From IMG/VR virus record IMGVR_UViG_2648501208_000002: 7,951 nt of DNA; one strand, 5' to 3'. The notes beneath the pieces were generated by a model. It saw only the letters and a program-made list of their open reading frames with translations. It made no database searches and had not been told where the DNA came from. The stretch comes from a virus (lineage: Duplodnaviria > Heunggongvirae > Uroviricota > Caudoviricetes). Shown in pieces: positions 5,835-7,951 of this stretch. The position numbers were made by a program, and so were the translations under genes. How positions within the stretch are numbered: the first letter of the stretch is position 1; every line of letters starts with the position of its first letter.

Positions 5835-6726
5835 AAATCCACCCCGTAAATCCAGTCAGTGTTAAAGCCTGTTGCTTGTTACGGTTGATTTCGAGTTGGG
5901 TCCACTTGTCGCGGAGTTTGGCCGGACTTAGCACGTTACCGGACCAGAAGTTGTCCTGGCATGCCCAGCGGAACAGCACGCACATGTCGCGGTGGTTACG
6001 GCCGTCACGTTCACGCATCAGGCGGATATCGTTAGCCCACCCTGCAAAATTCGGTTTTCTGGCTGATGGCGCGATGGTCTTCACCATGTCAAACATCCAC
6101 TCTGCGGCGGTCAGGTCTTCTGCTGTCCCCCACCTGCTGCCGCTCTGAATTGCAGCATCTGGTTTCTCCACAGGAAGATCGTTTTCTGGTTGGTCAGAGG
6201 ATTCGCCAGAATTCTCGGACGAAAAAGGTTTTATATTGTCTTTTGTTAGTTTGTCTTTTGTGTTTACCTGATTCGGGTAAGTGCCTTTACCTGATTTGGG
6301 TAAACTTTTCTTACCTGATTCAGGTAAATTTACCTCTTTCAGGTAAACTTTATTTTTCTTACCTGATTCGGGTAATGTTGACCATTCACTGACCACATTA
6401 TTAATGCCGATATTCCGCCCGCTCTGAATAAAAATCCCACGCTTTACCAGAACACTTTTTGCAGCAGAACACTTGTGCGGCAATATCCCGGTCAACTCGG
6501 AAAGTTGCTCGTTGCTCACCCAATCCAGTTTTTTATTAAAGCCATATGTTTTGCGCATGACAGCCAGGAAGACCAGAAGCTGGTGCTGTGTTAATCCGGC
6601 CAGCATCACAGCTTCCAGCAACTCATTTGCAATGCGCGTATAACCATCATCGAGATCTGCCACGCGCGGCTCCTTTTGTGCCGCATCCGGCACTGGAAAA
6701 TTGAATATCTCAGCAGTGTTTGCCAT
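5806..6726 (-). CDS. O: Replication initiator protein O (lambda-type C-terminal domain; N-terminal iteron-binding domain diverged)
   Basis: The central and C-terminal region (YSSENSGESSDQPENDL...TAEDLTAAEWMFDMVKTIAPSARKPNFAGWANDIRLMRERDGRNHRDMCVLFRWACQDNFWSGNVLSPAKLRDKWTQLEINRNKQQA) is lambda O. I place the start at the internal ATG at 6726 (MANTAEIFNF..., GGGAGG 4 nt upstream), which corresponds to the lambda O N-terminus; the ORF track extends 30 codons further, to 6816. The 3' end overlaps P by 29 nt in an unusual way (see findings). Confidence 0.9.
   Translation of the reverse strand: MANTAEIFNFPVPDAAQKEPRVADLDDGYTRIANELLEAVMLAGLTQHQLLVFLAVMRKTYGFNKKLDWVSNEQLSELTGILPHKCSAAKSVLVKRGIFIQSGRNIGINNVVSEWSTLPESGKKNKVYLKEVNLPESGKKSLPKSGKGTYPNQVNTKDKLTKDNIKPFSSENSGESSDQPENDLPVEKPDAAIQSGSRWGTAEDLTAAEWMFDMVKTIAPSARKPNFAGWANDIRLMRERDGRNHRDMCVLFRWACQDNFWSGNVLSPAKLRDKWTQLEINRNKQQALTLTGFTGWIYEKHRRTDG
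6265..6375. repeat. Replication origin iterons (five 16-bp repeats, consensus TACCTGATTCGGGTAA) inside O
   Basis: Repeats at 6265-6280, 6288-6303, 6312-6327, 6331-6346 (degenerate) and 6360-6375, each with palindromic ends (TACC...GGTA). An AT-rich tract at about 6225-6264 lies on the side expected from lambda ori organisation, given that O is transcribed on the minus strand. Confidence 0.8.
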
Positions 6727-6812
6727 AATTCCTCCCGCAATGAGTGTGTTACGATTTGCACCTGAAAGTCGGTTCTGTTCCCGCAGACCGACTTTCGCCA
6801 TTTCTGAACCTG

Positions 6813-7352
6813 TCATATTGCCCCCAGCATGGTGGTCACCATCGCCATTAATGGACCAGCCAGATCCGGGTCCACACGAAACATCGACACAATACCTTCA
6901 CTCATTTCCTTCAGTTTCTGGTGGCGTGGTGCGTTGAGAATGACAGCCTGTTTTGCCTCACTGAGTTCCTTTTCCATTTCAGCCAACCGAGTCATGAAGC
7001 TATCCTGCTCAACCAGGTAACCGCGATATTCCAGCGGTAGTACCGCCAGAATTGCCGGGGTCAGTTCACGCACGTTATTTCGGTATTTTTCAGAATCGAA
7101 TTTGTTATCGAGGAAGCGGAACAGCTTCTGGCGTGCACGGCTGACATCATCAGGGAAATCGATGGTGCCGTCGCCCTGCTCCCGATACTCATTCACAATG
7201 AGTGCGGCAACGACATCCTGATTATCTACAGCCGACCAGGCGCGGACGGCATCACGGATTTTTTCGTGGCCTGGAGCTTGTTTTGTTTGAGAACGATTTA
7301 TCACCGCAGTCGGAATAAATCCGCTAGTCTGTTGGTATGTAAGTGGTTGCAT
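6813..7352 (-). CDS. YdaT-like protein occupying the cII position (179 aa)
   Basis: ORF with AAGGAG 8 nt upstream of the ATG at 7352, immediately downstream of the cro-like gene. The segment RELTPAILAVLPLEYRGYL resembles the conserved PAILAILP.ELR motif of YdaT-family proteins from memory. Confidence 0.55.
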   Translation of the reverse strand: MQPLTYQQTSGFIPTAVINRSQTKQAPGHEKIRDAVRAWSAVDNQDVVAALIVNEYREQGDGTIDFPDDVSRARQKLFRFLDNKFDSEKYRNNVRELTPAILAVLPLEYRGYLVEQDSFMTRLAEMEKELSEAKQAVILNAPRHQKLKEMSEGIVSMFRVDPDLAGPLMAMVTTMLGAI

Positions 7353-7421
7353 AATTGACTCCTTTAGTTTGAATTGACTGTTAAGTTGATTGCTTATTGT
7401 TAAAGAGCGTGAAATGGAAAT

Positions 7422-7652
7422 TTAAGCTGCGTTCTTTTCGGTGTGTGGAAACAACTTCGGAAGATCCGGGCGAATCTGGTATGCCTTCACAACTCCACCA
7501 GTAGCCGTAACAATGCTGCCGACATGTTCAGGGGATACCTTTGCTTTGTTGTGAAGCCACTTATAGACGGCCTGCTGTGAAACTTCGCAGGCATCGCCTA
7601 GTTTCTTTTGTGAACCAACGATATTGATCGCTGTTTTGATTGCTGGGTTCAT
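7422..7652 (-). CDS. Cro-like HTH regulator of the YdaS family (76 aa)
   Basis: GGAGG 5 nt upstream of the ATG at 7652. Divergent from the repressor gene across an operator region. AINIVGSQKKLGDACEVSQQAVYKWL is an HTH segment, and ...ATGGVVKAYQIRPDL fits the YdaS-type C-terminus. Confidence 0.7.
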   Translation of the reverse strand: MNPAIKTAINIVGSQKKLGDACEVSQQAVYKWLHNKAKVSPEHVGSIVTATGGVVKAYQIRPDLPKLFPHTEKNAA

Positions 7653-7690
7653 AACAACCTCCGTGGTTAATCCGAATCAAGATTAAAACT

Positions 7691-7715
7691 ATGGTTGTTT
7701 TTAGTCAACAACCAT
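7691..7715. promoter_or_regulatory. Operator-like palindrome ATGGTTGTT-N7-AACAACCAT in the divergent cro/cI intergenic region
   Basis: Perfect 9-bp inverted repeat. A related half-site, GGTTGT, recurs at about 7739-7745. Located between the cro-like start (7652) and the repressor start (7757), where the divergent promoters (PR/PRM equivalents) would be. Confidence 0.45.
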
Positions 7716-7756
7716 TTTCGTTTGATGAAATAAAACCTTGGTTGTACATTTGATCT

Positions 7757-7951
7757 ATGAAAACAACACTCTCAGAAAGACTTAAAGAAGCCAGATTAGC
7801 GCGAGGCCTTACACAAAAGGCGCTTGGGGATTTGGTCGGGGTTAGCCAAGCTGCTATTCAGAAAATCGAAACAGGGAAAGCTAACCAAACAACTAAAATC
7901 GTGGAGATCGCGAACGCTTTGGGTGTGCGCGCAGAATGGTTATCTTCTGGC
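7757..7951 (+). CDS. cI-type phage repressor, N-terminal HTH (XRE family), partial at the window edge
   Basis: ATG at 7757, translating to MKTTLSERLKEARLARGLTQKALGDLVGVSQAAIQKIETGKANQTTKIVEIANALGVRAEWLSSG..., a classic HTH_XRE repressor N-terminus similar in pattern to the 434/P22 repressors. Open to the end of the window; no obvious Shine-Dalgarno. Confidence 0.75.
   Translation, partial: MKTTLSERLKEARLARGLTQKALGDLVGVSQAAIQKIETGKANQTTKIVEIANALGVRAEWLSSG

Noticed and set aside
6265-6375. Possible CRISPR-like array from regularly spaced short repeats
   Set aside because: The repeats are 16 bp with 3-13 bp gaps, lie inside the O coding sequence, and match the organisation of lambdoid ori iterons. 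Not a CRISPR array.
5095-6392. Several ORFs in alternative frames or antisense within P and O (5095-5352, 5288-5518, 5593-5865, 5876-6148, 6066-6392)
   Set aside because: All nested within or antisense to P and O, whose frames are confirmed by near-identity to lambda proteins. High-GC backbone commonly gives long shadow ORFs.
6727-6816. 30-codon N-terminal extension of O in the ORF track (MTGSEMAKVGLREQ...)
   Set aside because: The internal ATG at 6726 has a strong GGGAGG Shine-Dalgarno and aligns with the lambda O N-terminus. The extension would nearly abut the YdaT-like stop without a ribosome-binding site, so it is probably just open frame upstream of the true start.
6701-7020. Plus-strand ORFs (6701-6937 and 6829-7020) antisense to O and the YdaT-like gene
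   Set aside because: Antisense to supported genes, with no translation signals.
7353-7421. Possible lambda-style PRE / cII-binding site (TTGC-N6-TTGC) between the cro-like and YdaT-like genes
   Set aside because: Only loose TTGA/TTGC-like motifs are present (for example TTGATTGCTTATTGTT), with no exact TTGC-N6-TTGC. The regulator here is YdaT-type rather than lambda CII, so the lambda motif is not expected to apply.

Overview
This window is the early-right (immunity and replication) region of a lambda-like prophage, with the early operon on the minus strand, interrupted by an AT-rich cargo island of about 4 kb. Reading right to left: a partial cI-type repressor (+ strand, 7757-7951), an operator region, a YdaS-type Cro analogue, a YdaT-type protein in the cII position, lambda-type O with ori iterons inside it, lambda-type P, and Ren. 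The backbone then breaks at the 3' end of ren and resumes at ninB, followed by ninE-like and a partial downstream nin-region gene. The island (about 842-4857) carries, on the opposite strand, a 500-aa protein with an N-terminal transmembrane helix, a long charged coiled-coil and a C-terminal GIY-YIG-like (T5orf172/MUG113-type) domain. This looks like a self-contained single-gene unit and is the strongest candidate for an undescribed anti-phage or exclusion system. The island also holds a BRO-N/antirepressor-like gene, a 169-aa hypothetical with a hydrophobic N-terminus, and a possible 29-codon hydrophobic peptide ORF with an intrinsic terminator. A 91-bp imperfect direct repeat, each copy ending in the same strong hairpin, brackets part of the island. 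No tRNA, rRNA, CRISPR array, IS element or integrase was found. All calls come from reading the sequence and recalled protein families; no database search was run.
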